Notes: generated from the sequence alone by a model not told the origin. A stretch of DNA of 63,646 nt, filler included, from Choristocarpus tenellus KU-1152 (GCA_964200185.2; 15 parts of 15 records of this genome joined end to end with filler, not necessarily neighbours in it); one strand, 5' to 3'; positions 37,900 to 51,480 are shown, counted from the whole stretch's first letter. Program-made: numbers and translations.

Positions 37900-39060
37900 A
37901 ATGTGGCACCACGGTCAGAGTGGATAAAATGCTTCACCTGTGGCAAGAAGGAACACTACAGCAATAAATATCCCACCAAGCACAAGAAATGTGACATCTT
38001 TGGGAAGATGGGGCATTGGCTACAACATGCTGTAAAGGACATAGGGGCCGAGGAGGTCGCGGTCATACTGCTGGTAGAGGTGTTGGAAATGGTGGGGACA
38101 ATGATGGTACCGATGGAAGTGAGAGCACTCAAGAAAACTGTCATTGTTAAACTAAAAGGGACCATAAATGTGCATTTAAAAGGGACCACCCAGGAAAGTG
38201 GAAAAATAAACGAAAAAAATGGTAACTTAAGTCTTTTATATTTAATAAATAAGAGACTCCTAAATGATAGGTATAGCAATGTACAAATGTTGGCAGGAGA
38301 CACCGACATAGGAGAGGAGCACTCATAGTGACCAACAAGTCAACCTGTGAAATCGGGAAACCACCAGATGTTGAAGAATTGATACTTGACACTGGAGTAA
38401 AGCGGTCACAAGACCGATTCTTTCACTGGTGTATGAGGTTGGAAGCACAATAGCAGTGTAGACAAGGAGGTTGTCGGAGATGGACAGGAACATGATGTTG
38501 CTGGATGGGGTCGGGTGAAGATGGTACTGGCATCAGCCGACGAGGAAGTGGAGTACAGGGGGGTCATGAAGAAGGTTCCTGTAGTGCCCATACTACCCTA
38601 CAACCTATATTCTGTTCGAACCATCTGCAAGACATCAGGGCGAGGCAGTCTTGTCGAGTCTGATTCATAGACAATTGAGGGAAACCATGCCCTGGATGAT
38701 TTCGTAATACCAGTGGTGAATGACTTCTACAATGGGCTACATGTATAGGGTTCTACCTCGAGAAACCTCCACTGAGTTAATGGTCACATCAAAGGTCCAG
38801 TTTGACACCAACGATTTTCACTGACGCCTTGGCCATCCTCATGAACAGGTGATACTCAAAGACTGCAACAACCAATTGAATTGATCTCACTGCAATTTGG
38901 GAACCGTGTGATGGATGTTCACAGGCCAAAGCTTACCGTGCTTCAGTACCATGAAGTACAGAATCTCGGGCAACAAGGAAATTTGAGAGGGTATTCACTG
39001 ATTTCAGTGGACTTAAAACAGTTCGTAGCCTTGGGGGGTGCTACTGTTGAAACCTGAGTT
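37900..39060 (+). mobile_element. Decayed, internally deleted Ty1/Copia retrotransposon
   Basis: Zinc knuckles CFTCGKKEH and CDIFGKMGH; protease ILDTG and VPILPYNLYSV; FH*RLGH and CDGCSQAK; integrase start RVFTDFSG...SLGG; then an LTR-like TGTTGAAA at 39046. Confidence 0.85.
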
Positions 39061-40159
39061 CGTATGTCTCGTGCATTGTTGTGCTGTGTCTAGTTTGTAA
39101 GGGTATCGAAGGGTATCATAGTGCCACAAAACACCGATGAATTTGTTCTGGTAGGGCTGACGACAGTTTTTACTCAATCAGACAATGATTGGTGTGAAAC
39201 TGTGTTTGGTCGTGCTGTGGTTAGCACGTTTAGAGAAAGGTGTGTGTCATAGTGCAACAAAACACCTGTGAATTCGTTCTGGCTCGTCTGACGGCATGTT
39301 TTACTCGATCAGACTATGGTTAAATGTGAAATGTGTGGGAATTTTAAAGAGCATAAAAAAGAAAAAAGGATAATTAATTGAGACGCTCAAATGAAGAAAT
39401 GCATGAAATGCATGCTCTGTGAAGAGGCTTGTCACCTTCCCTGAGAAGGGTTTCGAAGGAGGTTTTAAACTCTGGTTATATTGCACCCTCGTGTGTGTCT
39501 GGTACACATGTTGGAAGAGTGAGCATGATGAATTACGAGGGGGCAATGCCAGTCAAGAAAAATAATAATCAACACATAATATGCAACTGACAATTTCTTG
39601 TGTGAAGAAGAAGAAAGGGGAAACAAAGAAGAAACAAGAGGATATACTTAAGTCAATAAAATAGGTGGGGGAACTGATACGACATATCGTATGCCTGTAA
39701 TAGGAAGCGACCGTTCTTGTGCTTCCTATGTACTCTGGTGTTTTGAAGGTGATTGATGGCGTTGCGATGAGGAGCAAATGAGGTAAGTGAGAATAGCGAC
39801 CATTACAATGGAAAATCAACATTCAGTATGGACTGACGATACTGTATCGTATCAACACAAGTCAAATGAGTAGCCTATGTTTTAAATGTTACTATTTGAT
39901 TATTCTTGTCTATGAATACACCAAGATGAAATGGATGCAATTCCTGGACAAAAAGAATGCTGCTGCAGATACACTGGCATATTTCATCTCGGACGTGGTC
40001 CTCTACCGCGGAGAATAATGGTGTCGCAGAACAAGTGTTGGACCTGCTTGCTGAGAAAGAAATGGCGATGGTGGTTTGTGCTGGACTTCAAGCTCGTCTC
40101 AATTCGTGGACTGAAGCTCAGAATTATACTTGTGATCTGAGCAATAAATGTGTCACTCA

Positions 40160-40265
40160 GACCCAAAGTATCTGGGGGGGGGGGAGGGATCTACACCAGA
40201 GTGTCCATTTGGACCAAACCAGGAAAAGTGCACTTTAATTATCCATCAAACGTAAGGAATCAAAT
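40160..40265 (+). mobile_element. MITE subfamily A, left part, cut by contig end
   Basis: GACCCAAAGTATCTGGGG...TCTACACCAGAGTGTCCATTTGGACCAAACCAGGAAAAGTGCAC. Confidence 0.82.
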
Positions 40266-40602
40266 NNNNNNNNNNNNNNNNNNNNNNNNNNNNNNNNNNN
40301 NNNNNNNNNTTAATTAATTAANNNNNNNNNNNNNNNNNNNNNNNNNNNNNNNNNNNNNNNNNNNNTACATCAAAATCACAACATTGTATTTTGATCCCAA
40401 ATGGACGCTGCTGTACCCTCTAAGATACTTTGGCTATCAGACAGAACAGAAAACACTGTCTTTGGGTTCGCTGATTTGAATCCGCCGTTCGTGTCTGGGT
40501 CATCGTGAGTTGGTCGTGGGTCTCGCCCACACAACATCACCTTGACCAACCTCAACAGCAAAAAAGGCGGCGCACCTAATGAATATTACTGCACGCAGTA
40601 TC

Positions 40603-40850
40603 GAGTAAAAGTATCTTAGAGGGTACGAGTTTTGTCCATTTGGGGCTTGGCTTCCCATGTTTTTTTAATGACATTTTCCTGCTCCAAAATGTTTAGGAGT
40701 AGGTAAAATGTATACGTTATAAAAAGGTGTGTCCAAAACATAGATGTTGATACTTCCTAACATGCACGGTAGCCGAAATTACATCAAATCGCAACATTGG
40801 ATTTTGGTCCCCAAATGGATGCGGCCCTACCCTCTAAGATACTATTACCA
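40603..40850 (-). mobile_element. Complete MITE subfamily B (reverse of the 30414 copy), TSD ATC
   Basis: ATC|GAGTAAAAGTATCTTAGAGGGTA ... TACCCTCTAAGATACTATTACCA|ATC; partial copies at 40366-40437 and 56277-56330. Confidence 0.88.
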
Positions 40851-41547
40851 ATCTCATAACAATGTCTCAAGGATCCCAGGAATGACCCTTTCACTGACAA
40901 ATACTACAATGTAATAATACCTCTTTTGAATTTGTGGGAATTCACTTGGTTGGAAGTATGTTATGGATTAAAACCAATCAAAAGCCAATCAAATATCATA
41001 ACCCCTCAAAAAGTAACACCGCCTGTCGTAAATGTGAAAGGCATTTTTCTGTCATTTTCTCCAGAGTATTTACTATTTTACTACCAGGTATGGTACACCA
41101 CTGCCCTCCTATGCCTCCAACCTAGCTTAGCCCTACACCTCAGGGCGAGGAGCTAGGGAACCATCCCAAGAATCGAACAAGCCCCTCCTTCCTTGCCCAT
41201 CTCCCTGGTGGTGGTGTCTCTAGCTTAAAATGCATGACACGTCTTGATGGAGCTATGTTGTGACGGACACTATCTGTCGTAAACGGGATTTGACAGCCCC
41301 TTTCCTCCTGTAGCCTCCCGTCCCTCTCCTCCCTACCATTGTTTTTTCCCCTGACACATCTGCAAAATGTCAGAGGACATAATAGTATGTTAGGGATTAT
41401 GAACGATGGAATCTTGGTTAGGGTTAAGGGTGTTACATTATGATGGGGGGTTTACAAATCTTTAGTTCGCGTTTACGATATTTCTTACTTCAAAGTAATT
41501 GTTGAAAATTGCATCGAAAGGAAAAGGGTTTGGATGTGGTCTTGGTG

Positions 41548-44500
41548 ATGAGTTCGAAAGGAGACCTGTTAAGGTGCGGGTGTGTACCTTTTTTCATTGC
41601 CTATGTCTTTGTTCCATGCATTTCTCTCCCCTTCACTTACTAGTATCGACTCGTTCTCTACATTCCACTCAACCAAATGCAACACTTTGAGCAAAGGATC
41701 CCTTTGTCGATCCTTGATATTTGCTACACTTACAACGCATTTGTTCATGATCTATTTATCCCGTGATATCTACAACAAGCTTTCGAGACTTGAAAAAGAA
41801 AATATTCTCGATGTTCTTGTTGTTTTGTAAACCCCCCTCTCTCAATCACAGTGGCCCCACCAAGAAACGCCCACGGCTCCTAGAAGAGGCTGTGGAGACC
41901 AGTACAATCGTAACTCCAGTGCCTCTCGGCTTCTCTCCGGATTTCTTCACGGAGAATAAAAACCTTCTTCTTCTTCAGGTGCTAATCCCTTCATCTCCCC
42001 GACTGCAGTGTGACAATTGCTCCCCCAAACGAGATACATCCACTGTCCCTTGTTACCATTGAGGTATTGAAGGCTGGATAGATCCAGTAGTTGCCACTTG
42101 TTCTCCTCGTCCGGCTACAGTTCGAGATTTTCGCCACCAGGCCGGGTACATGCACTTTCCCTTGCTGTCGATGAGGTACTGAAGACTAGATAGATCTATT
42201 GGCTGGCACCTGTTTCTCCTCGTCTGAACTTCAGTCTCCTATCAGCTGTGACTCAGCTGTAAGCTTGTTTTCTGCGGTCATATGCCCCAGTTTAAATCAT
42301 GATGCTCCCCTATCATCTTTGTCAGCACGTTCGCCCAAGCTCACCTCTTTTTTCGTGGCACATTTGTACCCATCTATGGCTATCTCTACTATTTTTAGCG
42401 GTAGATGCACAACCCATGATATAAATCTCCATCTCCTCCCCTTCCCGCTTGTTGTGACCCCTACTGGCCAGGTATCGGAATCCCTCCTGGAGGAAATTGC
42501 GGAAGACTGTGACTCAGGATTGTGAGTTGAATCTGATACCATATCTCTTGCTGCATGTACTCTTGCACTACCCCCTACTTGCTCTGTGTAGACTAGGGGA
42601 GTTTGCTGATAGCCACCCAACAATAGACCAGAGGGGCGTTAATGCTCATGTCAACGACCTCACCCCTTCCGGACCACATGTTATCTCACTCTCTGGGTTG
42701 AATTTATGGGGAATTTGCTCGCCACTCACAAAGAGATGAATAAATGTATTTCATATGCTCAACAGCTGAGCACAACTCTAGTGTGTGATTGTTTCAAACG
42801 TACTATCAAGACACCATGCTGTGATGGGGCAATGTGGGTCCAGGCTGAGCTAATATTAGCCAATATAGTCCCCTCTACTTCCATCACCCCTCCCCCTTCC
42901 TCTCCCCATCCCACTTCATCTCCCGGATGATGATTTGTTTCCGGTGTGCTATTCATTCTTTGTGTGCTGATTATGATCGCCCAACAGAGTTCACCTTGTT
43001 GGGGAGGAAGACCAGGAGGCAGTTTTGGTGACAGGAAAACAGAGCTTCAAAATCACCAAGGCTGAGACTTCCAACACCCTACTCCTAGTGCCACCAATAA
43101 GGGATGGGTCAAGGGAGAACTTGGAGGAAGGAGATGCAGAAAATGGTAGAACCCTATTCCAGGCCTCTGCATCAGTCGGCTTCCAGTTTGAGGTGAGAGG
43201 ATTTTGATGAACCCCAAATTCAGAGCAGAGAATGTCAATTCTTGACCTCTTGTTACACTTTTAAGACATGTAATCTTTACTGTCGCTCTCTGCAACAAAG
43301 TCAACCAAACCAACTGACCACAGTTGGCGAAGGCATCACCTTCATTACAAGGCATCCGAAAGATACTAGAGAAGTGTTTGTACTGGGGTGGTGAGGCGGA
43401 GAGCGCCATCGACCACGGTGACCTGGATGCTTGCACTCTGGAGGCCCTACAGGTGAACGTAGATGGATGTGAGAAAGGGATGGATCTGACTTCTCTTGAC
43501 TCGGTGACATTTTTTGGCACTGGACCAACTCCCCTCCCCACCCTCCCTCCTCACAACAGCAGCCCTTTCCTCTGACTTTTTGTATATTTCCCCTACTCTC
43601 CTCTCCTCTACTCTGTTTCAACATATATGGTGTTGTCTTGGTGTTATCCCCAGGAACGGTTGCAGTTCAGCCAGAAGGAACTACAAGAGGGACTGGCGGA
43701 AGTTGGGGCCCTGGAGATTGGAGGCAAGCAAGAAGAGTCCATTGTTAGTGTCTAGTCTGAATGACTATCACAGTATAGTCCGATAAATACATGTGGGGTG
43801 CTAATTATAAGCGTTCTTAAGGACTAGTGCAAAACAAGATCAACAGGTCAAATTGATCATATAGAGTAATTTCAATTTGGGGGGGAAAGAAGACTTTCCA
43901 TTTCATTTTGTAATCTGTGCAAGGAGGAAACACCTTTTTTAGAAGTTCGATCCTTCAGGAATGGAAGCTCCAAATGCTAAGTGCTATCACAGGTTAGCGA
44001 CACTCCCTAACCCTATCTAAATCCCCATGCCTGATCCTAGAGTTAGCAATCATCCTATCCCTGATCCTATCCACATCCCAAACCTGAACCCTAGACTTGA
44101 CCCTCCACCTCTATCCACGATCCCTGCCATATCTCTAAGATGAAGAGTCGATCGTATCCCTAGCCCTGGTCTGAGCCCTATCTCTAATCCTAAACACGTC
44201 CTGCTGATTACATGAGATACATTATTGTTTGTTTGTGGTGTTTGGAAAGGTGTTGTTGGTGGACTATTGTACGGACATCTTGAACACTCTATGTTGTATA
44301 CAGCCCGAACTTTGTCAATCAACTCCACAACTGCTTATCTGCATTATCCTGGCTTCTTTTTACATTGCCAGGTAAGTGGCGGCTGGTTGATCCTGTGCTT
44401 ATGGAGCAGATTGCTGACATGCTTCTCAACCTGGTGGTACAAGAGGACATGCCCTTGGACAAAGTAAGCTGTGTGTTTCAGTGATTATGCGAGTACTTGA

Positions 44501-45950
44501 TGGGCATGTGTGTGTGCGCGTGCGTGTGTGTGTGCGTATGCCTTAATCACTTGTTGCCTCTCTAGATGCTGTGTCTTCCTACGCCTCTGCCTCTTTGTTA
44601 TAATAATATTTTTCATATTTTTGAAGCCCCTAATGACCATCACATGGAAAATTTTACAGCATCACCCCCTTTCACTCGGGGGCTACTGATTATTTCTATT
44701 AATGCATGGGCTCCACTATTGTTGTTATTTTTTTGGTATTATGCCAAGTGTTTCATCAGACACAAAATCCACCCCTTTACCCAGTTGATCTTCACATGTT
44801 TTTTTGCGTCTTCAACTTGGAGTTCAGATTGATCCAGAGGCGTGTGTATTGGCCCTGCCGGAATGCGAGCGCCTTGTTGTGGAACACTGTCTGTCGTTCT
44901 ACTCTCGACCGACCAATCCTGAGGGTCTTGGCAAGGTGTGGTTTCAGTTGGCACATGGTGTGACAAGGAGAGGAGGATTGGGTCCATGATGGAGAGTGTT
45001 CAATGCTAACAGTTCACCAGCATGGAAAATCGTTCATTTCTTCGAGATGAGCTATACTTCTGCTGTGTTTTGAAAGTCAAAACACACGTTCTTACTATGG
45101 TACACCTGAGTTTATAGAGATGTTGTGCCGACTAACCTGAGCTGCTTCATGTTTTGATGACACCTTGGTATGACCCGATCTAAAATTCTCTTAGCTCAAC
45201 GTATTGTCTCCCCTGTTTAAAAATTCACCGGTTATTGTCTTTGCACCTGTAATGAACAACTGGGATATCAGACACGAGAGCTTGACCTGGACGCAGTGGC
45301 TCGTCTTCGTGCCCACCAGCTGTTACGTGCCCATCCAGACAGTCATGATAAAGGGTGGGACCTTGAAGACTTTACTAACCAGTGGGCAAGCACCATGCCA
45401 GGAGTGGATACACCTGATTTGGACCTTCTCAAGGTGCTCTCCGATGCTTTTCCTCCACTCCCCTCCTTACACCAGGCAATGTAGAGAGGGGGCTCATATT
45501 GGGCTATACTTAAAAGATCACACCCAGACCCATGCATGTTTTCAATTCTGAATTGACATGGTGACACTGCAAGAGACATGCTAGAGGTTTAGTGGTTGGA
45601 ATACCACTTCTAGTATAGAGATCAAGTCTCTGAATTCTTGCTCTACTCATCTAGGCTGCTTATTGGGTGTTGTGCAGTCTTGACCCTGAGCCCCTAGACA
45701 AGTCGTAAGCCTTTCAGAACTACACAGCTCACAACCAGACAGCGACATCCAACACAACCAACCCACCCAATACTACCTTATTCCACTGGAAGGGGATTGC
45801 GGTGGTTGAGAACAAGCCTACCATTACGGGGAAACCTTCAGTAGTCTACATCCCTGCACAAGAGTTGCCCTTCTTACCTAAGGAGCGGTTGGCTGCCCTC
45901 TTCCGTATTCGGCCGCGTTGGCCAATGGGAGAACTGGAGCCCTACATATC
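41548..45950 (+). CDS. DCC1: Sister chromatid cohesion protein DCC1, 10 exons, 3' end truncated by contig end
   Basis: Phase-consistent exons 41548-41573, 41852-41978, 42472-42521, 42988-43192, 43324-43452, 43654-43723, 44372-44463, 44828-44935, 45272-45433, 45793-45950. Motifs GEEDQEAVLVT...AETSNTLLLV, EIGGKWRLVD and ELPFLPKERLAALFRIRPRW...ELEPYI are typical of DCC1. Confidence 0.9.
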
Positions 45951-46992
45951 GTGAGTACTTTCAGGGCTGGGGTGCGTGGGTGGGGGGCGGGTTGAGGTTC
46001 ATTCAGATGTTAATTATGTATATTTTATGCAGATGGTGTCGCAGTAACAGGAGACCCATGANNNNNNNNNNNNNNNNNNNNNNNNNNNNNNNNNNNNNNN
46101 NNNNNTTAATTAATTAANNNNNNNNNNNNNNNNNNNNNNNNNNNNNNNNNNNNNNNNNNNNGGGGGGGGTGATCGAAGGAGAAAGGTGGGGGGACCAACA
46201 GTCAAAAAAAATCCATTGTAAACGAACTACACTCTAGAGTTGTAGGAAATATTGTACAATTCAGATGCGCAACAACCTGCACTGCATTTATCAACCCAAC
46301 CTCTACAAATATATGTCATTAAAATCAATACGTAAGAGTCAAGTCCAAACGTTGAACCTCTTAGCACGAAGCAGCAATTCTTCCACCCCTGTGGGTAGAA
46401 GAAGTCTGGAGCTACAGCGTAGAGGTGCCAACACCAGCTCCATAGCCCACAGGGCACAACAGACAACAGACAACACAAAACACTCTCAATCAACAATCTC
46501 ACATACATCAAAACATACTGCTGGTTCACCAATTCAGTACCTTCACACATCTACAAATCCACATACAATGATGTACACAGAGCTCAAGCACTCCGCTTCA
46601 AAAGCGTGATACAAGAATGCACAGGAGACTCCAACCAAAGGGAAAAAACAGTCTGTGTACCCCCACTATCTCGGAGGTCTCTCATCTTACATACCTTGCC
46701 AATGGGGTAAAAAACAAACACCAATGTTTTTTTCTTGTTGAAAGGAATGTGCTTCCCTTTTCATTTCATTCTAGAACATGTTTTGACAGGAGTCACTATA
46801 CCAACAGCCCTCAAGACAACAGCCAAAATGCAAGCAGCAAGGGGGAAAGTAAACACAGAAACATAAAAACACTAAACACAGGAGAACACCAGGGCAAAGC
46901 ACTTCCCTGAGTGCACCGTGCAACCCACTGAATTCCTACCACAGCCTAAGTCCTCTTCTCTCCAGCTCTGCCGCAACAGGGAATTCAGCACA

Positions 46993-49687
46993 TCACCCCA
47001 ACCAATGGTTCAGAGGCATTTCACCAACAACCATGCCCTCTCCAGGAAGGTCAAGAAAGCTGCAACACATACGTAACGGGGTCTCGCCACTTTGAGTCCC
47101 TCCTTGAGATCCAGTCCCAAGCAGCCCCTCACTAACCACCACATCAGGGCTGCACAACACCTGCTCTGTGGCCAAGTCCACATAGCCATCATCCTTGAGG
47201 CTGAGCCCATTAAAAACAGTGTTCGGATCCTCTATTGTTGGTGCACCAACCCACGTATCTGAGAGACCCTGTCCGTCCATTTCTGGCAGCAGACCATCAG
47301 ACACTGACACTGGAAACCTACTGCTCCCGAGACCATTCTCTGCCTTTACAGCTTGTGTATGCGCATGCCTGTAGATAGGGGTGCACTGCATGGCTGGCGC
47401 CGCTGGGTTGAACACCTCTGGGGTGAGGGGAGCAGGGCAATGGTCCACCCTTGTTGGCAATCTCGTATCAGTCCAAGTACACTGCTGCGCAAGCTGTTGG
47501 GCCACGTAATCCAGCATCGAGGTGCATTCCTCTTTCTGAGTAGGCGCCTTGTTGTATGGAAAAACCCATGGCATTGGAATAGGCGGTGGCAACTGTTCAC
47601 TTTGGTTGTTGTCCCTAAGGGTCGGGGGTGAAGAGACTGGAGGAATGGGTACTGGGGTCTGTGGTTGAGGAATGGGCATGGGAGCCTGCAGTTGAGGTAT
47701 AGGTGGAGGACCACCAGTCACCCGCGCCACAGATGGAAGACTTGGTGGGAGATTTCGGATACCTGTGGCCTTGATACCGCGGGTTGTACTGGCCCGTCTT
47801 CGAGCGCTCGCCGTAGATGCCTTCGGCATGTTCCCTTCGTCCCTATTCTTATCAACCATGCGGCGCTGCAAGGCTTTCCAGCGTATCTTGATTGCATTCT
47901 CTGTCCGACCGGGAAGCTTGGAAGCAATTTGGCTCCACTTATTGCCAAGCTGTTTCTGGGAGCTGATGATGATTCTGTCTTCATGCGGTGTATAGTCACT
48001 CTTGTTGATCTGTGCAACCAAGACGGTTGTGTCAGAGAAACATGCATTGGTCACTTAATCTTGAAAAAAAAAAAACGCAGTAACTAGCTTCGAAAGCGAG
48101 AATCTTTGTCTTCAGAATCTTGCTTTTTTTCTCGTATCACAAAAACAAGGGCATCACACTCTCAGACGGAATTGAGTCTTGATATTGAAGTCAGTGGATC
48201 AGAATGTGGGATAGGTTAGGAATGGTTGATGAAAAGGATCGAGACTAAATGGAGGCAGTTCCATAGTACCTACAGATTGCATAGGCACAGAATATTCAAA
48301 ATGGACAGTCTGTGCCTTCAACCATACCCCAAAATCATTGGTGAGAAAACTCTGCATCCCTGAACAGGTCGAGTGTAACCACTATCACCCCACATACGCA
48401 CAGAGGGATCGAGATGATGACACCAGCGTTCCCTGCACTGCTTGGAAGTACGCCCTGGCATGTGAATTGCGAGCTGCCCCCAGTTCTTGTAGCCGGCAAC
48501 AGCAAGCTTCATCAACACAGCATCCTCATCCGCGCTCCATTGACCCTTAATGAGGCCCGGACAGAGAACCTGCGGTAAAAGCCGTTGCTGAGCATCTTCA
48601 GAGACAGCCATAGATGTACATCAAGTACTGAACTAACCGCAAGGAACAGGCTCAAGAGGGGAAACCGTTCTGGTACGAGTGGGGTAAGAGTCAATTAGTA
48701 GGACTGAGAACCACAGAGAATAGAGAATTTAAGCAGTAAACCAAGGTGCCAGCAACATAATTTAGTATAAAATAAGTGCCCAGGTTTTGAGACGGCATAT
48801 AGCTGATAGGGACTTCTTATGTTTAAATGGATCATACTGGACGGATGGGAAAGAAACATGACACAGGGAACGCAGGGTAGCCATGCCAAGGACAGGAGCA
48901 TGTTGTGTGTAGAGGAGGGGTGGGGGGTTGTGGGGGGTTGTGGGGGGTTGTGCATTTCACTCCAGAGGTCACCACTTGCACAAAAAATATCAAGCAAAGA
49001 TTCACATAAAATTCAGGTAAGCTGACCGTCTGAGGGTTACAATAGGATCGTAATCTGTACTTCAATACAACAATCTAGTGCTTCAGAGTTATTTAAGAGT
49101 ACGTTCCCCTAGAGAAGTTCTAAGGGTCTTCCGTCGCTTCCTGTTTGCACTTGCCTTCTTCCACCTCTGAAGGCATTGCACGTGATTTCGAGACCCTACG
49201 TGCAAGGCAATGGCTTTCCAGTTCGCCTCTCCATGCCGCTGAACGGCCATTGTGAGACGCCTGTCCTCTTGGGAGTCCCAGCGCCGTGGTGCAGTCGACG
49301 ACTTGGGTGCAGGGGGAGTCAAGCCTTCTTCATCGTCAGAAAAATTTTCATCTGTCGTATACGTCGACTCGTCCGATGTGGTCCTGTCCAGTGAGGGGGG
49401 CCAGGAAATGGGGAGGGTCAAAAACACTCCGCCTACCAGTGCTCATCGACTTGTTACCGAATCTATAAGCGAGCTGTTGGATGGCACAAACAGGATGACA
49501 CCAGAAAAACGACAAGGAAAATAAACATATCGATACATCTCTCGCCATGTTGTTCAAGGTATGATGAAGGATCAGCAGTGGGTGAAGCGTACCTGAACCT
49601 AGGCTCTAGGTCTTCCGAGTTATGTCTTTTACTTCGTTCCTCCTCCACTTCCCCACCCTTTCTCTTAGTCTTGACAGAGGGTTGCAT
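46993..49687 (-). CDS. Three-repeat (R1R2R3) MYB transcription factor
   Basis: Exons 49687-49593 (start uncertain), 49383-49155, 48569-48402, 48009-46993. Repeats RRWDSQED...NWKAIA...QCLQRWKKVL, GQWSADED...NWGQLA...QCRERWCHHL and DYTPHED...KWSQIA...GRTENAIKIRW, followed by a Pro-rich C-terminal region. Confidence 0.92.
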
Positions 49688-50796
49688 CCTTCCCCTGGCT
49701 TTTAACTCCACACTCTTCTTCTTCGGATGTAGTTTTAAGGAGGTGTAAGGTTGGCTGTTCGTTGAAGCGGGTGACAGTCGTAATATTGAGTGTTGATGAT
49801 ATGGTGTTAGGTACAGGAGAGTATTATTATATTTTCAATATTCCACAAGCTGTCACCAGCGTCATCTGTCTTTCTCGAAGAGCCCAGATGACCATACGTT
49901 CGAATTGCCTGGCCGATTTCATTTCGGACACGGTATACTTAATAGAGGGATATAATTGGTGTTTGTACGGAGAATCTAAACCTAAATTTCATACCGTTCT
50001 AAAAACACCGATTTCCCTTGTGAAGAATTGATGAAAACTTCTGATCTTTAACGAACCAAACCCAAAAATCCCCGCAATGCCCAACGCTTCAATTGCAGAA
50101 CAACCAATTCGTTGAAAGGACTTCATAATATCAAATTCCTGTAAATAAAATAAATGAATAACATCCAATACAAGTTGTAGCAAGAAAAAGTATACAATGT
50201 AGATTGATTGTTATGAAGAACATTTACCACAAATCCTTTCAATCCTCTTCACAAAATAAATTATGTCAAACCTTTCAAAATTCCCATCAATTTCGCCGTC
50301 AATTCTCATTTTTTTGTCTGACTATCTCACATCAATTATCTTTCTTTTCACAAGTTTTACGACACAGCGATCTAATTGGACGCAGGGGATTTGCTCTTTT
50401 TCGGAAGAGACGAAGAAGTACGTGTCCAGCTGTAGTGGGAGTGGCTCTCTCACCTAGCTGTACTTTTGCCATCAACCACCTTTGGACAATTAGGGTCCTG
50501 AGATAGGAACCAGATAATGTGGAATATACCGCAGTTGTTCTTCTATGTACCAAGTATAGGTTCGTTCAACAATATCTATCAAAATTTCAGCTTTCTCCCC
50601 AATTTCGATTGTCGGCAATTCTTATTCTTCGTTCTTCGTAGGTATTTGAGTATGGTTCTGTTGTCTCGTACATACTAACAGCGCTTTCTTCTTCATCAAT
50701 AATTTGTGGGACAAACTTCTTGTTGCGAAGTTTTCTTTTCCTCACCGATTCTGAATTGAATTTGTTACCCTCTCTTACCCTAATATTTTTATTACT

Positions 50797-51480
50797 ATGC
50801 CCTCTGACATTTTGCAGATCCACTCCACCCCATGCCTTCTTGGCACAACGTAACTATACAATCAACCTCTGCGTATCCAATCACCAACCAATGGGTCCAC
50901 TTTTTGTGTATGGCATCCACTTCGAAACCAATTCGACCACTTTCTGCGTATGGTATCCACCTCCACAGAACCAATGCGACGAATATCTGTGTATGGTATC
51001 CACTTCCACACCAATGCGGTCAATTTCCACGTATGTTATCCACTCACAAACCAACAACGGTCACTTTCCGTATATCCACTTACATATCACGAATAGGACC
51101 AATTTTTGAGGATTCATGTACACACCAATAACGCTGGCAATTTCCACGTGTGTTATCCATTTACAAACCAATACGGTCACTTTCCGTATATCCCACTAAC
51201 ACATCACGAATAGGAAATGCGGGCAATTTCCACGTATATGTTATCCATTTACAAACCGATACGGTCACTTTCCGTATATCCACTTACACATCACGAATAG
51301 GAACAATTTTTAAGGATCCATGTACACACCAATGCGACCAATTTCTGCGAATCCACTTTCAAACTAAAATATATACTTTCTACTTATCCACCTCACATAA
51401 ACTGGGCTAACTTCCCAGAATCCGGTCCCAAGCCAATGCGCCGGTTTTCCTCGAATCCACTCCCACACCAATCCTACCAA
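50797..51480. repeat. Family-D TIR followed by a degenerate ~40-bp tandem array
   Basis: TATGCCCTCTGACATTTTGCAGAT, then repeated CCAATGCG...TTTCC...TATCCACT units with larger internal duplications (~51015-51335). Confidence 0.7.

Noticed and set aside
49348-49557. ORF MNNMARD... as the MYB first exon
   Set aside because: Its donor phase does not join the MYB frame; the 49593 donor and 49383 acceptor fit in phase 2.
41548-49687. DCC1 and MYB3R as a cell-cycle gene cluster
   Set aside because: They are on different contigs separated by the linker at 46062, so adjacency is uninformative.
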